DNA of 64,000 bases, from assembly GCA_026023565.1 (NCBI GenBank), contig JAPETS010000057.1, positions 1 through 64,000 on the forward strand. Reading direction: 5' to 3'. The notes beneath the pieces are model-generated. The model was not told the origin of the DNA. It saw only the letters and a program-made list of their open reading frames with translations, and did not search any database. The position numbers and the translations under genes are program-made. Shown here piece after piece: positions 1 through 11,496 of the stretch (within the stretch, counting starts at the first letter, position 1; every line of letters starts with the position of its first letter). This stretch comes from Cirrosporium novae-zelandiae (Eukaryota).

Positions 1-1220
1 TGTCATTTGGTGGTGGTAGGGGGGGGGGGGGAAGAGGAAGAGGAGGAGGATATATCGCACCTCTATTCACATCTTCACATCTTCACACGCTCTCTCCTAT
101 TATTTCTCTCACTCCCACTCCCATCTATATCCATCCATCCCTATCCATAACCAACGAACCCCCCTAACCGTAAACCCAAACCACAACCCTAATTATACAT
201 GTACAAAAAAAAAAAGAAAAAGAATAACTCTCCTTTAACCCCCCCCCCCCTTCCTTTCCTTTCCTTTCCTTTCCTTTCCTTTTCTTTAACCCATCCTTTC
301 CTCCCTTTTAACCTATCCTTCTATCCTCTAATCAAATCAAACCACCACAACTTTCCGTTTCCACTTAGATTCCCACTTGGACTCGTGATATATAGCAAAT
401 AGTAGGCGGGTTTTCTTACGTACATATATATATCTGATTCTCGTTTTTGGTTTTGAGTAGGTGTTGGTAATTGGTATGGAATAGGAATAAATGGAAAGGG
501 AATAGGTTAATGGGAAATAGGAGGGGAGTGGAGGGGAGGTGAATATAAAAGTATAGGAAATAGGTATGTGGGAAGGATGTATGGGAGTATAGGAGTGTGG
601 GCTTAGGGATTTAGGGATTTAGGGATTTTTAATGCTAAATGGCAAAAAGGGAAATAACAAATGAAATCAATAAATACCGTAAATTAAAAATGAAAATAAA
701 AATACAAATGAAAAGCGAACCACGTAAGACCGAGACCTAAACCCCTAAAGATAAAAGTGAAAAAAAAAATCCTATATCAGAAAATATATTGATAATCTTT
801 AAGAAGGATGTTATGGGTTTACTAATTGAATTTGGGGGTTTTGATGGTAGATGGTAGAAGGGAGTTGTAGGTGATGGTGATGGTAGAAGGGGATATGACG
901 AATAAAATAAAATAAAATAAATATATTGTAGATTGTGGATTGTAGATACCCCATCTATTTATTTATTAATTAATACATACTCATCACGTCCGTTACCCTT
1001 GATCTTGATCTTGATACACTTGATACCCTCGGCATTACATTCCGTTCTTCTAACATTAACATTAACATTACACAATATCTAACCTCCTTGATTTAATATA
1101 ACTTAATTAGTTTTTCTTCCTCCTCCTCTTTTTCCTCTTCTTCATCTCTAAGAAAGAAAAAAAACGAAAAAAGAAAAGAAAAGGAAAGAAAAGGAAACCC
1201 CGTGCCCTCTCCCCCCTTTA
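1..1220. repeat. Mixed simple-sequence-repeat / low-complexity island 1
   Basis: Poly-G near the window start, (TTTCC)n at ~249-281, (TTAGGGAT)x3 at ~603-626, (ATAAA)n at ~901-921, (AAAAG/AAAGG)n at ~1150-1195. Confidence 0.85.
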
Positions 1221-1223
1221 AGA

Positions 1224-2434
1224 TCAAATCCTCAACCTCCCAAACCCAAACCCACCAACATCAATCCCCTCCCCTTCCTCCTCCCTTTCTACCCCATCCT
1301 CATCCCTACCAAGGAAATAATAAACCCCCTCTCCGCAATCCGAATGTTCGCACGTGCAACTGATGTAGGAATCGGGTTTTTGAGGACGGGTGGATCGGGC
1401 TTTGCAGCAGGTGCAGGATTCGGTGGTGTTGGAGGGGTTCTGGATGGGAGAGAGAGGGGGTTAGTTTTTGGAGGGTTTGGTAGGAGGGGGGGGTTGAAAG
1501 GAGGGGAGGTTTGGTTTTCGTAGAGTGGATGGGTGGATGGATGGAAAAGCCAAGCATAGAGACGGAGAGGAAGGAAGGAAGGAAGAAAGGAAAGTAAAGA
1601 AAGAACCCTGGTATACATACATACCTCTCTAGAAAGCTTAGCCTTAGTATTCGCCAGTCTCGATGTTGATGCTTCCTTATCCCCCTCCTCCTCCCCCTCC
1701 TCCTCCCCCTCCTCCTCCCCCTCCTCCCCCCCCTCCTCCATCCCCCTACTCTCCCTACTCTCCCCCTTGGAAGAGGATGACGATTTCCCCACCTTCATCA
1801 TACTCGGGTTCTTCTTTCCCCCCTTCATAGCTGTACTTGTACTCGTAGCAAGCCTGCCCACTTTCTTCCTCGGCGATGGCGACGGCAACGATGATGGTTT
1901 AAACCCCACCGTCTTCGACTTCGACTTCGGCTTCGGATTTGCTTTCTTCTTATCCTTATCCTTATCCCTGTTCGCATCATCATTTTCATTTTCATTTTCT
2001 TTCACCAAACTAGGAGGAGGGTCATCATTCTCATTCTTCTTGTTATTTCTCTTATTATCCGTGGATTTAAATTTAGATTTAGATTTAGCTTTAGGCGTGC
2101 CCTTTTTCCTCACGGGCTCATTTTCTTCTTCTTCTGGTTTATTATCCACCATCATCACATTCCGCTTCCTCTTCTTCCTCCCCGCCGTTTCCCCCTCTTC
2201 GTCGGGGATTTCCCAGCCTAGACGTTTGATGGCCGGTGGTAGACCCCCGGTCGCGGATCTCGTCTGCCTAGGCGGCGGCATCGTGAAGGCGTGCGTGTTT
2301 GGGTGGTGGGAGGCTATGGCACCGAAGAAGTTGATGTTGGTGGATGAGGAGATGGGGATGGGGGGTTTTGTAGGGGGTTTGGGTTTGGATTTGGATGGAG
2401 ATTTGGGGGGTTTAGTTGGGGAGGAGGTGGACAT
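1224..2434 (-). CDS. Uncharacterised low-complexity, Lys/Glu-rich probable nuclear protein with a C-terminal Cys/His cluster (2 exons, ~341 aa; alternative start ATG at 2281)
   Basis: Exon1 2434-1625, then a GTATGT donor; intron 1624-1440 has a CTAAC branch point and CAG acceptor. Phase-0 exon2 1439-1224 reads NPSNTTESCTCCKARSTRPQKPDSYISCTCEHSDCGEGVYYF...RLRI*. NLS-like GRKKRKR in exon1. Confidence 0.6.
1681..1740 (-). repeat. Coding 12-bp tandem repeat (CCCCCTCCTCCT on +) encoding (EEEG)n
   Basis: Directly visible, about 4 copies; the protein reads EEGGEEGEEEGEEEGEEEG. Confidence 0.85.
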
Positions 2435-3435
2435 TTTTGGGGATGAGAGATGAGGATGGTAGGAAAGATTTCGGGTTTGGGAAGCGAGGGTTAGGTTGGG
2501 TTGGGTTGGGTTGGGTTGGATTTGGCTGTTTTGAGGCGGGTATTATGAAAGGACTTTAATGAGCGTTGTTTATTTGTTTGTTTAGTTGCTTTTTTGTTTG
2601 AGAACCAGTTGATTTGGAGTGTACTGTACTTTGATTAATCCTGATAGCAGTAATTCTCTCCAATGGGTGCAACGAACGTGTCGAGTCTATTAGGTGGGTA
2701 GATTAGGTAACGTTTTTTGCGCGGTTTGAATGGATAAGACCCAAAAACTGCAAGGCTCTGGAAGAAGGCTGAATGTGTGCATGCGGGATAGGCTAAACGT
2801 CAGTTGATACATGAAGCTTCGTAAATAAATCCAAGGGGCTACTCCAAATCACACCAAGTTCTCGACAACAAGATAAAATAATTGACCGTTAGTTAATTTT
2901 CTAGAAATGAAATAAAAGACAGCTACGATTTGCTGGTCAACAAAACATGTCGCATACAGAATGTCATTCCAGATCACATTCCTAACACCCCATTGGCTAA
3001 TCGACTAATTAAAATATTTCAATAACAATAACAATAACAGAAGAAAAAACAGGATTGAATCGAATGAGCCTTTATCTGAAGGGGTATCTAACAGATGCGC
3101 ACAGATAAGAATATTTGTAGAAGGCAAATTGCACTGATTCCGTGCGGAATATCCCAACCTCAAATGACCACCACCTTCCGCAATTATACAAAGTAAAAGT
3201 AATTTCAAGTCCGTAATTGGATGGCATCGCCTTTGACAGAATATTCCAAAGAATACAATATATATCGTAGAGTCATAAGTCATCATAAATATAAAAAAGA
3301 GATGCAAGGGTTAGCAGACGACAAAAACAATTATTATTTTTAGGACCAAATTTGCCTTTCAAAAATCAAACATATGAAATCGGGACGGCGGTCAGCGCCA
3401 CTGTCGGTTTATTCTCATGAGAGCTACCGTTTTCA

Positions 3436-6400
3436 TCATCTATCTTCAACGTGTTGGACATCACGAATTTTTGACCCAAGTGCGGTATCGTAGAAATTAT
3501 AATATGGCGGAACACGGCAAAAGGGATGTTGTTTGAATAAGGTATCTGCCGTTGGTCTCTCGGTAGGGTCTCTGTGCCAACAGTTAGCAATGTATGTCAC
3601 AAAAGGTAAAAAAAACTTACATCTCAAAGCAGTCAGACATGAAAGCGACTGCCTCTGGAGTAATTGTCGATGACACATCGTCTGGAATCGGGGGTGCTTG
3701 GTTGAGACTTCCTAGTTTGAAGATGGCACCCACAGCTTCTTCTTTACTCCAAGGACGTCTGCCAGCAAGCATTTCAAGTACTACACAGCCTAGTGACCAA
3801 ATGTCGACTTTGGCGCTGTACCCTTGTCCTTGAGACTTCACCACCTCTGGGGCCATCCAAAACACAGACCCTTGCATGGAGTTGGTTGCGTCGTTACCAT
3901 AAATATTGTCACTTTTCTTGGAAATACCAAAGTCGGATATCTTACAGGTGCCATCGAGGTCAAGTAGGATATTGTCAGCCTTCAGATCACGATGAAGGAT
4001 CCCTTCATTGTGCAGATACGCAAGTCCTCCCAGAGTTTGGCGAGTAAGAGACCGAACAACGTTTTCTTCAAATTTTCCATGCTTTCGAAGACAGCTGCCA
4101 ATAGAACCACCGGGAACGTATTCCAGGAAAATAGATATCGAGGACTCTTTGCGTTCACATCCTAGATACTGTACGATATTCGAGTGTTCGAGATGTTGCA
4201 TGGTATAAATCTCTTGGTTTAACGCTGCCACCATTTCTTTCATTCGATCCTTGTCCTGATTGCCTTTCTGGTGGACTTCTACTTGTTTGACAGCAAGCAG
4301 TTCTCCGGTGTTGGCGTTCATACCAACATAGACCCTACCATAAGTGCCTTTTCCAATCAGATTACCCCGGACAATCCTGAAAGTCGGTTGGCGCTGGGGA
4401 AGCTTGTCTTGTGGTATTGTTTCTAGCTGGCTGAGACGATTACCACGCCCTGGTTTGATCTGGACAATGTTTGCGCCAAACATTTTTGTACTCTTTCGAC
4501 GAACGATGTCACCAGATTTACCCCCCCTGGACTGTACGATGCTTCGTTTACGGCTAGCTTCGTGGGCACCTTTCGCAACTTCACGGATAGATTTCATTCG
4601 CCCCAAGCCCCCTGATTTTCTAAGATTGCGTTGCGCTACGCTCGGTACTGGCCCAATGTGTATATCTCCTTCAAGGCTGGAACCGGCGTGGTCTTGAATA
4701 TTGGGTAATGGTGGAATCGATGGAGCACCTTCGATCAAGTTTGGACCACTTGTGGCTGATGGGGAAGGTGGCGGTGACAACATCATAGTGTCGTCAATCA
4801 TGGGCTGATCAAGATCAATATTGGAGAAGAAGTCGTCCATGTGCTCGATAACATTCTCCACCGGAGGTCGATTTGCCCAAATATCATCCCTCGCAAATGA
4901 TTCACGACGAACGTCAGAGGGTGACCGGGTGCCTCCGCTACTAGAAGCTGCGGATTCAGAGATGATAGGCTCGAGGCTTATACCGCTGCTCTGTCCAAAG
5001 TCATCGTATGCAGATGATTCCGCAGCTGACCCAGGAAAGCTAGAAGTGCTGGGAGATTTAAAAGTTACAGACAGTCCCTTCCGAGCGCGATCTCGAGTAT
5101 TGACTTTGAGAGCAGGTTTATCATTCTTTTCAGTCGATACTGCAACATCAGGAGTTTGGTCTCCTCCTCTAAGAGGGATGGCGAAAAGTCCGTCGTCAGA
5201 CTCATTATCGGCTTCTTCCGGCGGCTGTTCTGGGGGAACTGGCGACTTTGCGAACACAACTGGGGATTCTTTAAAGTCAAAATCTGGTCCGTAAGATTTT
5301 CTCGTGACGATTCCAGGTCGGGGGGGAGGAGGCTGCGATGATGGGAACGAAGAAGCAGGGCTGATGGTTGGCGAAGCCGATTTGCTCATAATATTCGCAA
5401 TTGGTGGTATTTGCACCTTCAAAGTGGCATCATTTTTAATTTGATCCTCATCGATATCTTCAACATAGTCAGGAACCTTAAACTGGGTGTGGCCTTTTGA
5501 CCAGGTATATGTAGGACTGCGAGGAGACCCACCTGGACTACCTTTACCAGAACCAGACATACTAAAATCAACCGATTGCATTGCTTTTGGAGGATGGGGG
5601 CTCGAGTCTCGGTTGCCTTCTGACCGAGGTGGTTTACCATCATTCGGGGATCGAGTTATTGGCGTTCCAACAGCACCGGTCATCCTTCCAACCTCCATTA
5701 ATGCAGCACCGATGCCGGTAGCGAGAGAAGGCGTGGCAGCAACAGCTTTTCGCCGGCCACGGTCTAGCGCTTCTTGAGGAGTACTTTCGTCAGGTACTCG
5801 TTTCACGTTATCCGGGCGTACTCCCAGGGGAATTCTACTCCTTTCAGCAGAAGATCTCTTCAATGAGTTTGCCTTGATAAGCGTATTGGACTCTGCAGGA
5901 GCAGGAGGGGGTTCTCTCAAAGGGACTAGCCTTTTATCTTCAAATGGTGAGTTTCTAGGAGAGTCAAAATCAATGATGCCCTCGCGTTTGATGATGTAGC
6001 TCGCACTACCATCGATAGGGGATTCTTTCTTAGGCCGGGGCTGTTTTGCGGCCAGGTATGCCTTCTGCTTACGTTCATTTTCACGTCTATATTCCTCAGC
6101 CGCGGCTTGTAAATTAGTGTCTGCATCACGATCGGGGACTTCGCTAGTGGCAGCAGTTGATGGCCTGTAAGTGGATCTTGAGTCGATGGTGCTCGAATCT
6201 TCGTCGTGCCTGCTTTCGGCTATTGGGGGGTTTGGAGCATCGCGAGTTGGAGCATTTGGCCCACCTTTAGCTGAGTTCTTGGAACTTAATGAACTCGATG
6301 ATTGCTGTGCTTGGGAATTTAGTGCTAAACGATAACGACTCTCGTCTGGAAGAGGCTTGCGGGGAGACGCCGCCCCGGATTGAATTGGCGGCAGATGAGA

Positions 6401-9049
6401 TGAATACTGTGGGAACGGAACCCCCAAGTCACTAGAAAATAGCGGTGGTAGAGACGGTGCAGATGCCGTAACACCACGCACAAAAACTTTGAGGGTTGCG
6501 GATGCATCTGCCTTTGTTCGGTATGAAAGTAAGAGTTCGCTGTCACCTAATGGCTCCTCATGCTCGATCTGACCAAGTTCACTAAGGAATATTTGAGCAA
6601 ACTCAAAATCAGTAACGCCGAGATTTTGACATATAATAACCCGAAGCGCCTCCGCTGAATCAATGCCTGTCACATCGACTAATCTAAAGTTCCATCCATC
6701 ACATGTTGCAAGAAGGAATTTTTTTGGAATTGTCCCCCCCTTTGCCAAAGTCCGTCCGCGAAGAGAAGACTGGTCAACATCTGCAGCTGTAGACCGAGAC
6801 GAAGGTCTTTCAAGAGATGCATCACTACTGCTATAGCTAGGTCGGGCATAAGGAGGTACGTGACGATAGCCTTCAGGACTTGTAGGCGATTCCAATACCT
6901 GCTCATCAGGAGATTGATGCGCCGCATGGTCAACTTTACGTGGCTTTCTGAACATATTGAAAAATCCTTTTCCATGCTCTTTTGCGCTAGATACTGTCTC
7001 GTTACTGTTTTGTCGCCAATTGCTGTCAATGGGGGTTCTTGCGCTATCAGAAGGGGTCTTCCGTTGCTCAGGAGCTTTATTTACGAGTCCAATTTCACCG
7101 ACAGCTCCTCCCATTCCGCCTCGCAAGCTAGAACTAGACGTATCAACATAAGATAGGCTCGGGGCGGTGCCGGTAGCAGACATCGCTTCTGCACTGTTAC
7201 TTTTATAATGAGGGGGGCGAGCGCTGAGCGGTGTTGAATTTAGTGTGGCATGTTGAGCCGCCGGACTTCCACTCTGTGGACTACCGTCCAAAGAAGGCTT
7301 AAAACTTTCGTTCGAAGCACTAGGGCTGTGACGTCTAGAATCGCCTATACCATTCAGGATGCTCCGAGAAAATCCTGTCCGATTTTGAAGAGTCAAACTT
7401 TCCGAACCGTCCGTTCCGTCGACATTGCTAAATATTGGTAGGGTGCTGCTACGTCTATTTATTGACCCAGCAAGTTTGGCAGACATCGGTTTACCAGGGC
7501 TTTCTCCACCAGTGGTTTGAGTATTTGCAAACTCCTGCTGTCTGCCAAGGTTTGGGGAGTTCTCAAGTCCTCCTTCGGTAGACGCGCTAGGAATTACCTG
7601 ACCAGACTCACGACGAGACTGCTTGGATTCTTGCTTGGATTCTTGCTCTTCAATGATTTTCCGAATGAGTTTACGCATACGCTTGCCTTCTTCTCTTTCT
7701 CTTGCTTGGTCATAAGTTGTTCCGTTCCTACTGGCTTGTTCTCGTAGCTGGGGATATATCTGTTGGTGCAAGGTTGCGATCTTGTGTCCTCGTCCCAGCT
7801 CCAAGAATTCTGATCCTTCAATATTTAAGGTTCGGAAAGCCTCCAGCCATTCATAAGAGAATTTATTCTCTGTGAGCCATCCTATTACACGTTCAAGGGG
7901 CCATTGAATGGCTGGATCGTTGGGAGATAGTGGAGCTAGAGTTTGGCCATTCGAATTCCGGCCATGTATACTAGGCGTTGAGGTAAGAACTGATGTCGGT
8001 GGTAAATCCTGAGGATAGAGAACGCCGAAAGAAGTGGCGGCCATTCCCGAAATAGTGCCTTGCACATCACGCGACATGACATTGGGCAGCTGGGTTCGTG
8101 TATTGGGGGTAGGCGGGGCACCAATCTCTCGCCGTCCATACATTTGTTGACTTTCATCAATATCGCGTGAATTGTTATTGTCCATGTAATATGCAGCAGC
8201 ATCTACACCTCGGAACCCAGACAGCTGGGAGGTATGCGTATGTAATGGCGGTATACCGACGCCTGGACCAAATGACTCACCACCTGGAATATAGGTTGCA
8301 GAAGTTAAAGCTTGAGTTTCTAGCTGAGCTCTCGGTGCGCTCATTGACAATGATGAAGGTGGTTGAGTTTGATACGCAGCTGAGTAAGCCATATTTTGTG
8401 CGGTATGGTTGTTCATGGGTGGTGGTGGCGGATAGGCGTATCCTTGCGGTCTACTCCAATTCGATTGCCAACCCATTGGCAATCCTCGGGAATTTCCAGG
8501 AGGAGGACCTGGTGGTGGTGGTGGGACGAGTCCATGTGGCATGTTAGGAAGTCGGGGAGGAGGGGGTGGTAGAGCCATCATAGTCGCTTGAGGAGCTGGA
8601 GGAGATGTTGCTGGCGGAGGCGGCAAGGGTATGTATGGGGTTCGTTGGGCATCCATGGCCACCGTGTTGGAGACTGATCTCTGCCCCGGCTGATATTGCG
8701 ATTGGTATTGATTATCTCTATAACGCGGCGGGGTATCGGGGTTTGGCTGTTCTGTTGCGGTATGAGCTCTAGGCCTCTGTGCCGGCGGTGGGTTTGAAGG
8801 TGAACCAGTACCAACTCCACTTGTCAGAGTTGGATAAGGAGAACCGGAGCCGTAAGAGGGTATTAACAATGTTGAAGAGGCATTTTCCAAATTATAACTT
8901 GGCACATCATGAAGAATAAGATCATCTGGTACACGGCCTCGTGGTTGACGCGGCGAATGTTGAACAATAGAAGATGCTGCACCCTGACGATCGTTGAGGT
9001 CTGATGTTCGTGAGCGGGATGAAGAAGAACGTTGCCGATTGGAAGTCAT
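3436..9049 (-). CDS. BCK1: Cell-wall-integrity MAP kinase kinase kinase, Bck1/Mkh1 type (2 exons, ~1854 aa)
   Basis: C-terminal STE11-family kinase motifs: GKGTYG, LAVKQV, HRDLKADN, DFG, GSVFWMAPE, DIWSLG. SAM-like segment WPLERVIGWL...FLEL and the Bck1-typical WANRPP...MDDFF..IDLDQP motif. Intron 3620-3572 (GTAAGT, GCTAAC, CAG) joins ...CFE to IDPTERPTADTL...VEDR*. Confidence 0.95.
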
Positions 9050-11310
9050 CGTTGTTGACAGCCGAAGCTGTCAGTGATGCATACGGCGATAGGGTTGACG
9101 GTCCTAATGATCATTGGGGAAAATTATACCCAAGTTTGCCCCTCTTTGCAATGTTGGAGCAGTATAAAAATATCCGTGATCCAGGTTCAACCCAGAATTC
9201 GCATCAAGATCGCCCGTGCTCAACCAGACTAACTGAATGGGAAACTATCCTAAGAATCTTTTAGGTTATAGTCCCAGATTATGGTATACACGTAATTCAA
9301 ACTCCAAATGTCCAGCACCGGGTTTAACAATCCACTACTCTTATTCTTTCAAGCCGATGTGAAGATGACAGGGACGGGAGCATAGCTAGGAAGTCGAAAT
9401 CGGTTGCGACGTTGGTTGCAGGACAGCGCCTGGACGTTTTCGAAGGGGTAATCGGATCCAAGACCTGGTGAAGGAAATCACGGATAAGCATCTGTGCAAT
9501 TGATTCTGCATGTTGGTTGACCTTGGAATGAAGAAAGCAAATGGAGAGGCAAATAATGTGGAAGCGATGGAGGTGAATCAATTGGGGAAGCGGAAGCGGA
9601 AGGGCAACGGGAGGGAGGAAGGGAAGCGGAGAAAACCAGTTGGAAAACATGTCTCACCGAAATGATAAAACCCAAAAGGGTTCAGTTCGTTAGTATGGAA
9701 GAGTTGGGAGTAACCTTCAATGGTGGCAAAACGCAGGGCAGGTGATTGTTGGGGGAAATGGAATGGATTAAGCATCACAGTGTGGCACACTTGCAGATGA
9801 TGGTGTGTGTGTGGTGTGTGTTACAGAAGAGATACAAAAAACGGGGATAACTACTACGTAGGTAACAACGATGAAGATAGGCAAAATTTGAGCCTCATGC
9901 TATTCTTCATCCAAAGTAGTTCAATGGGCTTTCTCTTGGCCCTTTCACGTCTCTTGGCAACTTTGTCTTGTCTTGTGTCTTTTTCTTGTCTTGGTACAAA
10001 CAAGTATTTCCTGCCATCTGCCTGCCACATGTCGCTATTTCGTACCACCGAACTTTACTCTTTGCTGGCAGATTGTATGTAAAATAAAAACATGGATACC
10101 TAAGGCATACATAAATAGATGGATAACCAAATAAGAAAAGAAATTGAAAAAAAAAAGAAAAAAGAAAAAAGAAAAAGAGAAAAAAAGAGAAAATAATTAT
10201 TTTGAAAAATCTCTCAACCCAGGAACAGTCGGCATCTATTGATAATGATAATAATTCCAAGGCCTGTCACAGCAGCATCTCTAGTTTACTCGAGTATAAT
10301 CCTTTTGTTGTGTCTAGAATGTCTTCGGGGGAAACCGGAATGAATGTTGATACAGATTAGAGATTACGGTGCTGGACTCAGTAATTACATGTCTTCAGGG
10401 CGGAGCCAGGCCCTTTCCTCTCCGGTAGATTTTCCCATTGTGCGTTTTGTTGCCATTGTAGTACAAACTCTCAAGGACAAACTTTCGCTATTGTCCGGAC
10501 CCCACGTGATGATGACGATCTACTGGATAAACTGCAAGGAATTTGAAAGGAATTTGGCTGGATTAAGTAATGGACGTGGGATGGCTATTTGATTCAATTT
10601 TGACGTTGCAACGGTTGGGAAAGAGTCTTGTTAAGGTTTGATTGACACTTTCGCTTTTCTGTACCTGAGAATAGTTGAGTAAAGTTGGCATGGTTAGGGG
10701 TGGTTGGGTAAGGAAAATAAAAAAATAAAAAATAACAAAACTGGCGAGCGAGTTGGAAAGCTTTCCCTCCTTCCTCTTCCTCTTACATTCTTCCAGTCCT
10801 AAAGTTCAAATAAATATCCCTCGATCATTCCATGGGGGTGGTGGGATCAAGGAATAGTAAAAATACTTGTACAATCAATCCATTCCGATGGCCGAAGTGT
10901 CCGAGGCGGTGGGCCAGATAGCCTTTGATGGAGCATTGAACCTGAAGCATACGAGAGCTCAGGTGAGGAGCTGCTGTAACTCTCCGTTGCCCACTATAAT
11001 CTGCCCATCCAAGTCTATCCCAGTTGCTGTACAATCGTCATACCGAAACTATCCATCATGTTCCAGTAAAAAAGGATGGATGATCCAGATTCATGTATAT
11101 GGTACATCTTAGGAAGCGTCGATAGTACCGATCCATGTGGGAACCATCTTTGCTATTGTTTAGCTTCTTCTGAGATCACCGTCAATCAGCTTCTATCGTC
11201 ACCATCTACTTATGTACTCATCTCTCGATCATACGACGACGAGATACGACGCGATTCCACCCGTTGAACTCACTCGCCTTGGCCTAAATTTTGCTCTGCC
11301 AGCAAAATAA

Positions 11311-11316
11311 TATAAA
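11311..11316 (+). promoter_or_regulatory. Candidate TATA box of the pyruvate decarboxylase gene
   Basis: TATAAA about 185 bp upstream of the ATG at 11497, followed by a pyrimidine-rich leader. Confidence 0.5.
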
Positions 11317-11496
11317 AAATTTCCCATTGCCTCCACTGCCCCATCAGTTTGTCTTTTTCAATCTCATTCACAGCCGTCATCAGTCAACACTTGACCTGAC
11401 CTGTTTTTAACTTGTCTTCCAGTCTTGAATAGACTGAGACCATTGTTCATTAACAAATACATCTTTGACAGTTCCCATCATCTTTAACCCCTCACT

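Noticed and set aside
199..402. 67-aa ORF
   Set aside because: Composed of poly-A, poly-C and (TTTCC)n repeats.
1289..1624. C-terminal ~110 aa of the 381-aa ORF as listed in the track
   Set aside because: It reads through a canonical intron containing (CCTT)n and (CCAT)n repeats; the spliced model fits better.
1767..2453. 228-aa hydrophobic + strand ORF
   Set aside because: Antisense shadow of the Lys/Glu/Asp-rich gene; the Phe/Leu/Ser richness follows from complementing the low-complexity codons.
3793..8820. Many short ORFs overlapping BCK1 (and likewise those inside PRP24, MIT1 and INN1)
   Set aside because: Off-frame or antisense ORFs within long conserved CDSs, with no motifs.
10650..11496. 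TPP riboswitch upstream of pyruvate decarboxylase
   Set aside because: CTGAGA occurs, but the downstream conserved CTTGAT...GATAAT...GCG.AGG core is absent.
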